Below are positions 28,881-38,868 of a DNA stretch of 64,000 bases, piece after piece. The stretch comes from Candidatus Eiseniibacteriota bacterium (GTDB lineage Bacteria > Eisenbacteria > RBG-16-71-46): contig OY970342.1 of NCBI GenBank assembly GCA_963717505.1, positions 2,208,001-2,272,000 on the forward strand. Direction: 5' to 3'. A model generated the notes under the pieces. That model saw only the letters and a program-made list of their open reading frames with translations. It was not told where the DNA came from and made no database searches. The first letter of the stretch is position 1. The number at the start of each line of letters is the position of its first letter. Both the position numbers and the translations under genes were made by a program.

Positions 28881-29483
28881 TCATTGGGTTCGGACCATTC
28901 GTTGAACGAGGAGCAGGTGGTCGGTTTGGAAACGAATGAAGTAGAGACCAGGCGCGGTCGCCGCACCGGCGGCGTCGAGCAGATTCCATTCGACGCTGTG
29001 TTCGCCGGGTGGCAATGTGGCGCTGCCCCAGCCGCGCACGAACCGACCCTGCAGGTCGTGAATCGAGATCTCGACGCGTGCGGGCGCCAACAGCGTCCAG
29101 CGGATCGTGGTTCGTTCCCGCGCTGGGTTGGGCGATGGCGGCGCCAACTTGAGAAGTCCCGGCGAGGCGCCAACCTCGACGTCGGTCGTGCCGGTCACCA
29201 CCACGCCGCGCAGGTAGGCGACCTGGTAGTCGTCGACGCGCACCTCGAGGTCGTAGGTCGCGGGCGGAACGTTCGCGATGCAGAAGGCGCCGGCCACGTC
29301 GGTTGCCCCGTAGATCCCGGTGTAGACGCCGGACGGAGTGCGCAGGAAGACGCCGGCGTGCGCGACCGGGGCGCTGGTCTGACGGTCGGTGACCGTCCCG
29401 CACAGAGTGCCCGCGGCTCCGACGGCCGGGGTGAGAGCGGCGAACAGGAAGGCGAGAATCGTGTTGCGTCGATGCCGCGGCAT
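28881..29483 (-). CDS. Small secreted protein: carboxypeptidase-regulatory-like domain + T9SS/FlgD-like C-terminal domain
   Basis: Signal peptide; GTLCGTVTD..TDVAGAFCIANVPPATYDL; PSPNP..IHDLQGRFVR..PGLYFIRF. Confidence 0.75.
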   Translation of the reverse strand: MPRHRRNTILAFLFAALTPAVGAAGTLCGTVTDRQTSAPVAHAGVFLRTPSGVYTGIYGATDVAGAFCIANVPPATYDLEVRVDDYQVAYLRGVVVTGTTDVEVGASPGLLKLAPPSPNPARERTTIRWTLLAPARVEISIHDLQGRFVRGWGSATLPPGEHSVEWNLLDAAGAATAPGLYFIRFQTDHLLLVQRMVRTQ

Positions 29484-29579
29484 ACGGTCTCGGAGGTGGT
29501 GCGTCAGGCAGCAGCAACGTCGAATACGAGGTAATAGTTTGAGTTTGGCCGGCGCGCTCGTCAAGCTATCATTCGCGGC

Positions 29580-30677
29580 GTGAATCCCGCCCTGACCCGC
29601 CTTCCCAGGTTTTTCGTGATCGTGCTGTTCGCGCTGCTCGTGCTCGCGAGCGTCGCTCACACGCAACCGGCGCCGCCCCGCGAGGGCGACTTCGTCGCTC
29701 GTGACTTCCGCTTCCAGTCGGGCGAGACGATTCCCGAGCTGCGGCTTCACTACCTGACGCTCGGCAAGCCCGCGCGCGACACGCAGGGCCAGGTCACGAA
29801 CGCGGTACTCGTGCTGCACGGGACCGGCGGTTCGGGCCGTCAGTTCCTGTCGCCTCAGTTCGCCGGCGTGCTCTACGCGCCTGGGGCGCCGCTCGACACC
29901 ACGCGCATGTACATCATCCTGCCCGACGGCATCGGCCATGGACGCTCGAGCAAGCCGAGCGACGGCCTGCGCATGAAGTTCCCGAAGTATGACTACGACG
30001 ACATGGTGCTCGCGCACTATCGGTTGATCACCGAGCACTTGGGCGTTCGCCACCTACGGCTGGTGATGGGCACGTCGATGGGCGGGATGCACTCCTGGGT
30101 GTGGGGTGAGACCTACCCTGAGTTCATGGACGCGTTGATGCCGCTCGCCTGCCAGCCGGTCGCGATCGTCGGTCGCAATCGCCTGTGGCGCAGCATGGTG
30201 ATCGATGCGATCCAGAAGGATCCGGCGTGGCAGGGGGGCGACTACACGACTCAGCCGATGGCCGGGCTGCGCACCGCGACCGATCTATTGATCCTGGCCG
30301 GCTCGGCACCGATGTACATGCAGAAGACGCTCGGCACGCGCGACACGGTCGATCGCTTCCTCGACCGTCAGCTCCAGACGCGCATGGCGACACTCGATGC
30401 CAACGACTTGATCTACCAGGTCGAAGCGTCGCGCAACTACGATCCGTCGCCCAAGCTCGGAGCAATCAAGGCGCCGGTCACGTTCGTGAACTCGGCCGAT
30501 GACTTCATCAACCCGCCCGAGCTGGGGATCGCCGAGCGCGAGATCAAGAAGGTCGCGCGCATCAAGTTCGTGCTGATCCCGGCGAGCGACGAGACGCGCG
30601 GGCACGGGACGCACACCTGGGCCAAGTTCTGGGTGGGGCGTTTGGAGGAGCTGCTGAAGGAGTCGGCCCAGAGGTAG
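29580..30677 (+). CDS. Secreted alpha/beta hydrolase, homoserine O-acetyltransferase-like family
   Basis: LRLHYLTLG, LVLHGTGGSG, DGIGHGRSS, GTSMGGM nucleophile, SADDFINPP, RGHGTH. Confidence 0.85.
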   Translation: MNPALTRLPRFFVIVLFALLVLASVAHTQPAPPREGDFVARDFRFQSGETIPELRLHYLTLGKPARDTQGQVTNAVLVLHGTGGSGRQFLSPQFAGVLYAPGAPLDTTRMYIILPDGIGHGRSSKPSDGLRMKFPKYDYDDMVLAHYRLITEHLGVRHLRLVMGTSMGGMHSWVWGETYPEFMDALMPLACQPVAIVGRNRLWRSMVIDAIQKDPAWQGGDYTTQPMAGLRTATDLLILAGSAPMYMQKTLGTRDTVDRFLDRQLQTRMATLDANDLIYQVEASRNYDPSPKLGAIKAPVTFVNSADDFINPPELGIAEREIKKVARIKFVLIPASDETRGHGTHTWAKFWVGRLEELLKESAQR

Positions 30678-30775
30678 CGGTTTCGGTCTCATCGGGCCAT
30701 TGCGTCTTACGGGCGTCAGGCGCAGTATTCATGAACTGCGGAGGCGCACGAACGGCCCCCGCGGCCCAAACCGCC

Positions 30776-33433
30776 ATGGCCGCTTCCCGGTTCTCGCTTG
30801 TTCAGGGCTTGGGGCTTCTTGCGCTGCTGCTCACTTCCCCGGCGGGCGCGCAGGAGGTCGGCGGAGCCATCGAAGGAACCGTCCGTGACCCCTCGGGCGC
30901 GGTCATTCCCCAGGCGCGTGTGGTCGTGACCGCCCGCGCGCTTCAGGGCCAGCGCTCCTCCGTCTCCGACGACCGTGGACGCTTCCATCTGCCGGCTCTA
31001 CCCGTAGGCGTCTATGAAGTCCGCATTTCACGTCTGGGCCTCCGCGAGTTGGTGCTCGAAGGGATCGTCGTTTCGCTTGGGCGCACGACCGAACTGGGTG
31101 ATGTCCAACTCGAATCCGAGGCGATCGAAATCTCGGGCACCACGGTCGTGGCACCGGCTCCAACCCCCACGTCGCGACCGACGACCATGGGTGGGAGTCT
31201 GTCGTCGAGCATGTTTCGCGCCCTGCCAACCGATCGCGACTACCAATCCATCGTCACGCTCCTGCCGCATGCCAGCGTTTCGTACTTTGGCGATCGCGCC
31301 AATCTGTCGGGCACGAGCGGCCCGGAGTCCAACTACTACGTCGACGGGCTCAACGTCGTCGAGCCTCCGGCCAACTCCCGGAGCACGAGCCTGCCGTACA
31401 ACCTGATCGAAGCCGTCGAGGTTCGCGCCGGTGGCTACCAGGCCGAATACGGCGGCGCGGGCGGCGGCATTGTGAACGCGGTGACGGCGTCCGGCGGCAA
31501 TACGTTCAAGAGTCAGCTCTTTGGTTTTTACGCCAACCGGCTCTTCACCACCGGGAGTTCGAGCGTGTCGGCAAAATCGGTGGACCTCGATTCATGGGAT
31601 GTGGGCGGCAGTGTCGAGGGGCCGATCGTGAAGGATCGACTGTGGTTCTTCGTTGCCTACGATCCAGCCCAGGAGCGAGAGTCGCTCGAGATGCCGGGTT
31701 TCGGCACCGTGACCGACGAGAGCTGGTCGCACCGTTTCGCGGCCAAGCTGACGGGCCGCCCCGACGACCGAACGCAGGTGGTGCTCTCGGCGCAGGGCGA
31801 CCCGGGTTCCCACGACCAGGTCGGTGGCCTGGTGCTCACGACCGCGCAGTCGCTCGGCAACCTGGACCCGGTCCTGGTCGAACAGAGCCTTGGCGGCGGC
31901 AGCATTTCGTTGCGACTCACTCGGACGCTGGGTGAGCGAGCGTTTGCCGAAATCGGCGGCGGGTACTTCACGTCGCGCTTTACGTTCGAACCGCGCACCG
32001 TACGCGGCGCCGAGGAGCCACTCTACGTCGATACGCGCACGGGCTACGTCGAGGGGGGCGTGGGCTCGGCCACCAACCGCAGCACGGGGCGCGCTTCGGT
32101 GCGGGGCTCAGTGGCCTTTGCGGTCCGCGACCACGCGCTCAAGACGGGCGTGGTCTATGAGGACGAGTTCTTCGAGGAGCAACTGTCCTACGACCAGGTC
32201 TGGAGGCAGCAGTTCTACTACCAGACCATCACGCTCGTGGGCCGCGACGTTCGCGGTCACATCCGTGCGCCGGCGCTATTTGTTCAGGATGCGTGGCAGG
32301 CCACGCGCGCTCTGCGGCTCGACGTCGGACTGCGCTGGTCCGAGGAATACTGGGTGGCTTCCGGCGGCGACGTCGGCCAGCGGATCGCCAACCAGTGGCA
32401 GCCGAGGGCGGGTTCAGCTGGCGCATGGATCAGACGCCGGGCGTCGGTGTTCGGTTCGCTCGGGCGGTTCTACCAACGCACGCGGCTCGCGGTGCCGGGG
32501 CTCTTCCTTCAGGACCTGCCGAGCACATATGAGGTGAGGATCTACCCCAACGATCCACGCAGCGACCCCTCGGGGGGAACGACGGTGTTCACCCAGACGC
32601 TGGGTCACCAGCCCGAGGTCGACGGTTTGCGCGGCGCGGCATTCGACGAGGTCCAGATCGGGGCCGATCGCGTCTTTGCCGGTCGTGTCCACGTGGTCGC
32701 GCGCGGTGTGTACCGCACCCAGCAGAGCGGCATCGTTGCGGTCGAATCGCCGATTACCGGCCAGGCGGTCTATGGCAACCCCGGCTCGGGCGAGCTGGCG
32801 CCCTATCCCGGGATCTCGAGAGTCTATCGAGCTCTCGAACTCACGGCCGACGTCCAGGGTGCGGACGGTAGCGTCTTCGGCGCCAGCTACGTGCTGTCGT
32901 CCATCCGCGGGAACTACGAGGGCTACTGGGGGCAGTCCGCGGGCGTCAACGACCCGGTCGGGGCAGCGGCATTCGTTACCGATCTGTCGGGCGTTGCCTT
33001 CATCCAGGGACAGCTGCCGAACGATCGTCCGCACCAGTTCAAGCTGCACGGCCAGGGGGCGCTCGGGCACGGCGTCTCGGTTGGCGCCACGCTGTTCTGG
33101 CTCTCGGGCACGCCGATCAGCGAGCTGGGAGTGACCCAGTATGGCGCGCCGTACTACACGTTCTTGAGCCCGCGCGGCAGCCTCGGGCGCACGCCGTCGA
33201 TCTATGACCTGAGCTTGCGAATTGCCTACGATCCTCCACTGGGGAGCGTAGCGCGGGCCCGGCCGCGGATGCTGCTGGACGTGTACCACGTCGGGAACCC
33301 GCGGCGTCCGGTGGTCATCGACCAGGTCCGCTTCTTCGACGCTGCGCAGACGTCGCCCAATCCCAACTACGGGCAGACGCTCTTCTTCCAGCCGTCAGTC
33401 GCGTATCGGGTGGGTGTCGAGGCGAGCTGGTGA
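30776..33433 (+). CDS. TonB-dependent receptor (Oar-like) with N-terminal carboxypeptidase-regulatory-like domain
   Basis: Signal peptide; GTVRDPSGAVIP; NYYVDG, GGYQAEYG..GGIVNAVT.SG, GPIVKDRLWFF, FVQDAW, DRPHQFKL; terminal Trp. Confidence 0.88.
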   Translation: MAASRFSLVQGLGLLALLLTSPAGAQEVGGAIEGTVRDPSGAVIPQARVVVTARALQGQRSSVSDDRGRFHLPALPVGVYEVRISRLGLRELVLEGIVVSLGRTTELGDVQLESEAIEISGTTVVAPAPTPTSRPTTMGGSLSSSMFRALPTDRDYQSIVTLLPHASVSYFGDRANLSGTSGPESNYYVDGLNVVEPPANSRSTSLPYNLIEAVEVRAGGYQAEYGGAGGGIVNAVTASGGNTFKSQLFGFYANRLFTTGSSSVSAKSVDLDSWDVGGSVEGPIVKDRLWFFVAYDPAQERESLEMPGFGTVTDESWSHRFAAKLTGRPDDRTQVVLSAQGDPGSHDQVGGLVLTTAQSLGNLDPVLVEQSLGGGSISLRLTRTLGERAFAEIGGGYFTSRFTFEPRTVRGAEEPLYVDTRTGYVEGGVGSATNRSTGRASVRGSVAFAVRDHALKTGVVYEDEFFEEQLSYDQVWRQQFYYQTITLVGRDVRGHIRAPALFVQDAWQATRALRLDVGLRWSEEYWVASGGDVGQRIANQWQPRAGSAGAWIRRRASVFGSLGRFYQRTRLAVPGLFLQDLPSTYEVRIYPNDPRSDPSGGTTVFTQTLGHQPEVDGLRGAAFDEVQIGADRVFAGRVHVVARGVYRTQQSGIVAVESPITGQAVYGNPGSGELAPYPGISRVYRALELTADVQGADGSVFGASYVLSSIRGNYEGYWGQSAGVNDPVGAAAFVTDLSGVAFIQGQLPNDRPHQFKLHGQGALGHGVSVGATLFWLSGTPISELGVTQYGAPYYTFLSPRGSLGRTPSIYDLSLRIAYDPPLGSVARARPRMLLDVYHVGNPRRPVVIDQVRFFDAAQTSPNPNYGQTLFFQPSVAYRVGVEASW

Positions 33434-33549
33434 TCGGAACCGTCCTCGGCCCGTTCACGATCCTCGAAGAGCCGGGTGCACTCGGCGCCAAGCTCCACGA
33501 AGCGAAAGTCGGCTCCGCGAACGTGGAGTCCAAACGCCACTCGGGATGA
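33430..33549 (+). pseudogene. Probable vestige of a Ser/Thr protein kinase N-terminus
   Basis: GTG overlaps the receptor stop codon; VIGTVLGPFTILEEPGALG resembles MIGxxLGPYxIxExLGxGG of Hanks-type kinases, then diverges and stops at 39 aa. Confidence 0.45.
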
Positions 33550-33672
33550 GATGGCTTGCTGGTCATGACGCGAGCCCAATGCTGCACCGTAACTCGCAAC
33601 CTCATGTCCCGCTTCAACGTGATCCGACTCCGTGCGCCGCCACGGGACGCCACGACCCCTCTCTCCGGGCGG

Positions 33673-33688
33673 CGGCACACGACCTGCA
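33673..33688 (+). promoter_or_regulatory. Sigma54-type promoter upstream of the lipoprotein hydrolase
   Basis: CGGCAC-ACGAC-CTGCA (GG-N10-GC). Confidence 0.5.
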
Positions 33689-33769
33689 ATGACTCCGCCT
33701 CTCACGATGTCGCCGGTCGCCGCCCCACCTTGGAGGCGTGGCTTGCGCCGCGGGAACGAGGAGGTCGTC

Positions 33770-35023
33770 ATGTCGAGGTTCAACACCAGGCATTCGCACG
33801 GCAACACGGGACCGCCGTTTGCAGGATTGCGTCGGGTCGCGCCGGCCGTGCTGTTATTGGCCGCAATCGCGCTCGCGGGCTGCGATAGCCAAAAGCTCGT
33901 GTCGCCGACGCTCTCGCCCACGGCTTCGAACTCGGCCGCGGCTCTGAGCGGCGGCAATGGAATCCTCTCGGCGGGCGAGGCACTGCATCTCGAAGGCAGT
34001 ATTGGACGCGGGGCTCTGTGGTCGATCGACCGGCCGGCCGACTGGAACGGTGATCTCGTCGTCTACCTGCACGGCTATACCGATCCGGCGCTGCCGGTCG
34101 CACTTCCCGCGTTCGGGCCGATCCGCGACGCCCTTCTGCAGCGAGGCTACGCGGTGGTGGCGTCGAGCTACTCGGAGAACGGCTATGCCGCGAAGGACGG
34201 GGTGCAGCGCTCGCACCAGCTGCGAGGGGTGTTTGCCTCGAAGGTGGGACAGCCGGAGCGCACCTACCTCTTCGGCCAGTCGCTGGGCGGACTCGTTGGC
34301 TTGCTCATGACCCAGAAGTATCCCGAGCAGTACGACGGGAGCCTGCTGGTGTGCGGAATCGTCGGCGGCAGCGACGACGAGATCCAGTACATGGGCGACA
34401 TCCGTGTGTTGTTCGACGCCGTCTACCCCGGGGTGATGCCCGGCGACCTCGAGCATCCGCCCGCGAATCCGAACTACGGAGCACTCACGGGCGCCATCGC
34501 CACCGCAGTCACCGCCAACCCTCAGGGTCTCGGCATCATCCAGTGTCTGGCTCGCCGGCCGCTGCCCGGAGCCAACGGCCAGGAACTGGTGACTTCGCTG
34601 GTCACAGTGCTGCTGTTCGGAGTGCAGGGGGGTGGGGACCTGTTCGACCGGACTCACGGGCACTCGTTCTACGACAACGCGGATTGGCAATACTCGTGCT
34701 CGGCGCTGCCCGCGGCGATGGTCGCCGACATCAATGCGCGCGTGGCACGCTTCGACGCTGCGCCCGATGCCCAGGCGTACCTGGCTCACTACGGTGAGCC
34801 CGCAGGGAATCTCCAGGACCCCGTGCTCGCGCTCCACACGTCGCGCGACCCGGTCGTGCCGGTGTTTCACGAGGATCTCTTCGGCCAGGTGGCGGCAGGC
34901 CCCCAACTGCTGCAGCGCGCCGTCAGCCGGTACGGTCACTGCACCTTCACCATTGCCGAACTGATGTCGAATTTCGAATCTCTGGTGGGTTGGGTGGAAA
35001 CCGGTATCAAACCGGCCAGCTGA
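33770..35023 (+). CDS. Lipoprotein alpha/beta hydrolase
   Basis: GAGGAGG RBS; lipobox LAGC; WNGDLVVYLHGY, GQSLGG, DPVVP, GHC catalytic-triad pattern. Confidence 0.82.
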   Translation: MSRFNTRHSHGNTGPPFAGLRRVAPAVLLLAAIALAGCDSQKLVSPTLSPTASNSAAALSGGNGILSAGEALHLEGSIGRGALWSIDRPADWNGDLVVYLHGYTDPALPVALPAFGPIRDALLQRGYAVVASSYSENGYAAKDGVQRSHQLRGVFASKVGQPERTYLFGQSLGGLVGLLMTQKYPEQYDGSLLVCGIVGGSDDEIQYMGDIRVLFDAVYPGVMPGDLEHPPANPNYGALTGAIATAVTANPQGLGIIQCLARRPLPGANGQELVTSLVTVLLFGVQGGGDLFDRTHGHSFYDNADWQYSCSALPAAMVADINARVARFDAAPDAQAYLAHYGEPAGNLQDPVLALHTSRDPVVPVFHEDLFGQVAAGPQLLQRAVSRYGHCTFTIAELMSNFESLVGWVETGIKPAS

Positions 35024-35156
35024 ACCGCCGTGCTTGGCGCGCTCGCGGGTTTCGGCCCGCGGGCGCGCCGCCGGAAGGAGCCCAGGTATAATGGCGCCCG
35101 TTTGCAATGACGATCCGCATGGCTGGGTCGTGCTGCGCGAACTCGAGGTGCGCCGA

Positions 35157-36737
35157 ATGACCTCTGATTCCGAGCGATTGTCGCAACAGCTGATCGAATC
35201 CCTGCGAGCAGTGCTCTGCCAGGTGGCGGAGCCCGACGCGGTGCTCCGGGCCATCCTCGATCAGGCCGTCGCCTTCACGCAGGCCGAGCGTGGGCTGTTC
35301 GTCGAGGTTGCCGAGCAAGGGGAGATCGTCTATCGGGTGCTGCACGGTTTCGAGCCCAAGAACCTCGAGGGCGAGCGAGGCCGCTTCAGTCGCAATCTGT
35401 TCAAGCGGGTGCTGGAAGGCGGCACCGAGATCGTGATTGCCGACGCTCGAGATGACGTGTTCTATCAGGTGTTCGCGTCGTTCCGGGCCTTGCGCACTTC
35501 GTCGATCCTGTGCGTTCCGATCCGCACGTCCCGCGGCATCGCCGCGATCGTCCACCTCGAGCATCGCAGCATCGGGCACTTTGGACGCGATCACGTCCAG
35601 ATGCTGCAGTACCTCGTGGACCTTGCCGGCCCGGTGCTCGAATCGCTGAGGGCCGGACGCGAGATGATGCAGGAGCGCGATCGGCTGCGACTGTCCGAGA
35701 CGCAGTATCGCTCCGAGGCCGAGGAGAACCGGCGGTTGCTCGCGTCCGAATGGTCGTTCGGGCGCTTCGTCGGCCGCTCGGCGTCGGTGCGCAGCCTCGA
35801 GGACACCGTTCGCAAGGCCGCCGCAACCGACTTCCCCATCCTGATCCTGGGCGAGACCGGCACCGGCAAGAGCATTCTCGCGCGCGTGCTGCACTACGGT
35901 GGGCCCCGGGCCGCGGGGCCGCTGGTCACGGTGTTCTGCCCTTCGCTCGAACGCAGCATGGTCGAGCCCGAGCTGTTCGGCCACAAGCGTGGCGCGTTCA
36001 CCGGTGCGGTGAGCGATCGTCTGGGCAAGGTCCCGGCGGCCGAGAAGGGCACGCTGTTCCTCGACGAGATCGGGGAGCTGCCCCTGGAGATCCAGCCCAA
36101 GCTCTTACGACTCCTCCAGGAACGAACCTACGAGCGCATTGGCGAGGCCGAAGAGCGGCGCGCCGATGTTCGCGTGATCGCTGCCACCAACCGCGACCTC
36201 GAGGCGGAAGTGCGTGCGGGCCGATTTCGTCGCGACCTGTTCGAGCGCATTCACTACATCCCGATCCGGATCCCGCCCCTGCGCGAGCGGGTCGAGGACA
36301 TTCCGTTGCTGCTGCGCCACTCCCTGGATCAGACGGATTCCGGGCGCTGGATCGAGCCGTCGCCCGAGGTCTGCGATTACCTCAAGGGTCTGGCGTTCTC
36401 CTGGCCCGGGAACGTGCGCCATCTCGAACAACTGGCGGCGCGCATGACGATGGAGGGGTGGAAAGGAGCGGTTCGGGTCGACGACGTCGTCCGTCTGCTG
36501 GGTGCCGGCATCGCCGGCGAAGGCGAGCCACTTGCAGCTGGCGATGGGGAGCGTGTCGAACTCGACGCGGGGCTGCCCAGGCTCCTGGAAGCCGCGGAGC
36601 GCAAGTGGATCGAGGAGGCGATTCGTCGCTACCCCGACCTTACGCGCGCCGAGGTCGCCGCCAAGCTCAAGATCAGCGAGTCGGCGTTCTACAAGAAGCT
36701 TCGCCACCTTGGGCTGGGAGGGCCGGCCTCCACCTGA
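35157..36737 (+). CDS. GAF-domain sigma54-dependent enhancer-binding protein
   Basis: GAF-like N-terminus (AERG..SILCVPI); [43 protein letters not shown]-terminal HTH; TATAAT at 35087-35092. Confidence 0.92.
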   Translation: MTSDSERLSQQLIESLRAVLCQVAEPDAVLRAILDQAVAFTQAERGLFVEVAEQGEIVYRVLHGFEPKNLEGERGRFSRNLFKRVLEGGTEIVIADARDDVFYQVFASFRALRTSSILCVPIRTSRGIAAIVHLEHRSIGHFGRDHVQMLQYLVDLAGPVLESLRAGREMMQERDRLRLSETQYRSEAEENRRLLASEWSFGRFVGRSASVRSLEDTVRKAAATDFPILILGETGTGKSILARVLHYGGPRAAGPLVTVFCPSLERSMVEPELFGHKRGAFTGAVSDRLGKVPAAEKGTLFLDEIGELPLEIQPKLLRLLQERTYERIGEAEERRADVRVIAATNRDLEAEVRAGRFRRDLFERIHYIPIRIPPLRERVEDIPLLLRHSLDQTDSGRWIEPSPEVCDYLKGLAFSWPGNVRHLEQLAARMTMEGWKGAVRVDDVVRLLGAGIAGEGEPLAAGDGERVELDAGLPRLLEAAERKWIEEAIRRYPDLTRAEVAAKLKISESAFYKKLRHLGLGGPAST

Positions 36738-36899
36738 TGACGAGCTGTCGCGAACGACAGCTCGCTTCTCCATCGACGAGCCGCTGAGCGCATTTGCGCT
36801 TCTGCACCTCGCGACATCCCGCAACAGTCCAGCCCGCCTATTCTCTGCCAGGAACGCAGTTGCGAGCCCATCGCCCTTCGGCGTCTCGAGGACATCCGA

Positions 36900-36915
36900 C
36901 GGCACGACTTCTGCC
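36900..36915 (+). promoter_or_regulatory. Sigma54-type motif with no obvious target gene
   Basis: CGGCAC-GACTT-CTGCC (GG-N10-GC). Confidence 0.35.
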
Positions 36916-37032
36916 ATGGGTAATGCCCGAAGCCGAGTGGCGCTGATCGGCGGGCCAATTGGCACCGCCGCCATCGTCGCCTAACTCGGATTCGGGGGAG
37001 TTGTACCGCCCAGGCGGCGGGCCGCACGCCGC

Positions 37033-37066
37033 TCCAGGGCGCCTGCCCCCACGGAGGCGCCCTGGA
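37033..37066. terminator. 12-bp stem hairpin between convergent units
   Basis: TCCAGGGCGCCT-N10-AGGCGCCCTGGA; no U-tract, so a terminator role is uncertain. Confidence 0.45.
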
Positions 37067-37086
37067 AACGGGCGGAACTGGCGGCC

Positions 37087-38310
37087 CTAGAAATACTCCT
37101 GAGTTCCCAGGTACAACCCCTTGGACGCGGACTGCCCCCAGCCGTAGTCGACAGTCAGGTTGGTCTTCGTGCGCTTGATGAACTTGATGCGGAGGCCAAG
37201 GCCAATACCGGGGTCGAACTTGCTGAAGGTTCCGGAATCGAGCGTGCTGCTCGTGCCGTTCACGAACACGGTCGCGCCGAGCAGGCCATTCTTGGTCAGC
37301 ACCTTTCGGTACTCGCACTCGACGTAGACCTGATTGGGTGCTCGCAAGCGACCCTGCACGTACCCGCGCCCACTCTTGGTGAAGGTGTCCCAGCCGATCG
37401 CGGGCGTGTCCAGGTAGGGCGCCGGCCCGTACGTGGTCCACAACGTGACCCAGATCGCGAGCACGTCCTCGGGTCCGCTCGGCATGCGCGGATAGGCGCG
37501 AAAGTCGCTCCACAACTCCTGCCAGTTCCGGTCGTCACCCAAACCCGTCGAATACGCGCGAAAACTCGCATTCCAGTGAAGTCCGAGGGTCGGATAGATG
37601 GGACTCTCCCGGCTGTCGATCAGGATGTTGGCCGACACGCCTGACGCCATGGTGCGCGTCACGTCGCCGCTGTAGGCCGTGAACGGAGTGGACTCGCCGG
37701 CAAGCGCGCGCTCGTCCTCGATCTGGTCGTGAATGTTCAAATGGTAGCCGGGTCCGGCGTAGATGTTGTTACCCACGCGCAAGTAGGCCGTCTGATAGAG
37801 ACGCCACATGACGAAGTTCATCGGGTACTTGCCGGTCTGTTCGCTCAGGGGACCCAGGCCGTAGGTCGGCTGCGAGGTGTCGAGGTAGCGCCAGTCGCCC
37901 TTGAAGTTCCATCGATTGCCCGGAACCCACGCGTCGGACTTGAACTGAAGGCTCAACTGGTGCGACGTCGAATAGGTGAAGTTGAGGGCGAACACGGAGA
38001 CACGAGTCCTATCGGGATCGCCCAGCCAGCCACCCGCACTGGCCCCGATTCCGATGTAGGCGCCAAACGCCGGGTTGTAGCCGATCGAGGGCAACGCAAC
38101 GATCGCGAGCCCCGGCCTGGGCCGCATCGTCGCTTCGGTGTTCACGCGATCCTTCCCCAGGAGTTGGGCGATGACGTCCCCGATGTCGCGCTGGGGAACC
38201 TGTGTAGTCGTGTCGGCGACCGTCGAATCGGCGGGGACCTGTGCGACAGCAGTTGTCGTCACAGCACAGCTCATCGCGGTGATGAGGGCGGCGACGATGG
38301 CGCGCGACAT
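37087..38310 (-). CDS. BamA/TamA (Omp85)-like outer-membrane beta-barrel lacking POTRA domains
   Basis: Signal peptide; LPSIGYNP, DSRESPIYPTLG, GRGYVQGRLR, GIGLGLR, NLTVDYGWG, terminal Phe. Confidence 0.82.
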   Translation of the reverse strand: MSRAIVAALITAMSCAVTTTAVAQVPADSTVADTTTQVPQRDIGDVIAQLLGKDRVNTEATMRPRPGLAIVALPSIGYNPAFGAYIGIGASAGGWLGDPDRTRVSVFALNFTYSTSHQLSLQFKSDAWVPGNRWNFKGDWRYLDTSQPTYGLGPLSEQTGKYPMNFVMWRLYQTAYLRVGNNIYAGPGYHLNIHDQIEDERALAGESTPFTAYSGDVTRTMASGVSANILIDSRESPIYPTLGLHWNASFRAYSTGLGDDRNWQELWSDFRAYPRMPSGPEDVLAIWVTLWTTYGPAPYLDTPAIGWDTFTKSGRGYVQGRLRAPNQVYVECEYRKVLTKNGLLGATVFVNGTSSTLDSGTFSKFDPGIGLGLRIKFIKRTKTNLTVDYGWGQSASKGLYLGTQEYF

Positions 38311-38502
38311 TCGAAGGTCCTCGGGGTGTCCAATGAACCACGGCGAACGCGTGAGAATCGCGGACCGGCGCTCATGGCGCAAGGAGTCGCCGAAAGGTGA
38401 GCGGACATCGCACCGCGGCCGGTGGACTTGCCGCGAGGGTATCGCCCGAATACGGTAGGGGCCTTCCGCCGACCCTTTCACCCAGTTTCGAAGGGAAGAA
38501 CC

Positions 38503-38814
38503 ATGTTGCTGATCCGAGAAATCATGTACTGCAAGCCCGGCAAAGTTCGCCCCATGGTCGAGAAGTTCCTCGCGATGTCCAAGATCATGGAGAAGGGGGG
38601 CATGGGAAAGATGCGGGTCATGACCGACTTCAGCGGCGAGCGCTACTGGACCCTGGTTGCCGAGTTCGAAGTGCCCAACATGAAGGCGTTCGAGGACATG
38701 TCTCAAGGCCAGGGTCATAGCGAGGCCGAAATGAAGCAAATGGAAGAAATCATGAAGGGCTACCACGACCTCGTGGAGCAGGGGCGCCGGGAGATCTACA
38801 AGATCGAAGGCTAG
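38503..38814 (+). CDS. Small NIPSNAP-like / dimeric alpha-beta barrel protein
   Basis: MLLIREIMYCKPGKVRPMVEKF..TDFSGERYWTLVAEFEV..GRREIYKIE. Confidence 0.65.
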   Translation: MLLIREIMYCKPGKVRPMVEKFLAMSKIMEKGGMGKMRVMTDFSGERYWTLVAEFEVPNMKAFEDMSQGQGHSEAEMKQMEEIMKGYHDLVEQGRREIYKIEG

Positions 38815-38868
38815 GACGCGGGCGTTCCGCGCCTGCCGCGGCCATCCAAGCCACAACGACGAGCACTC

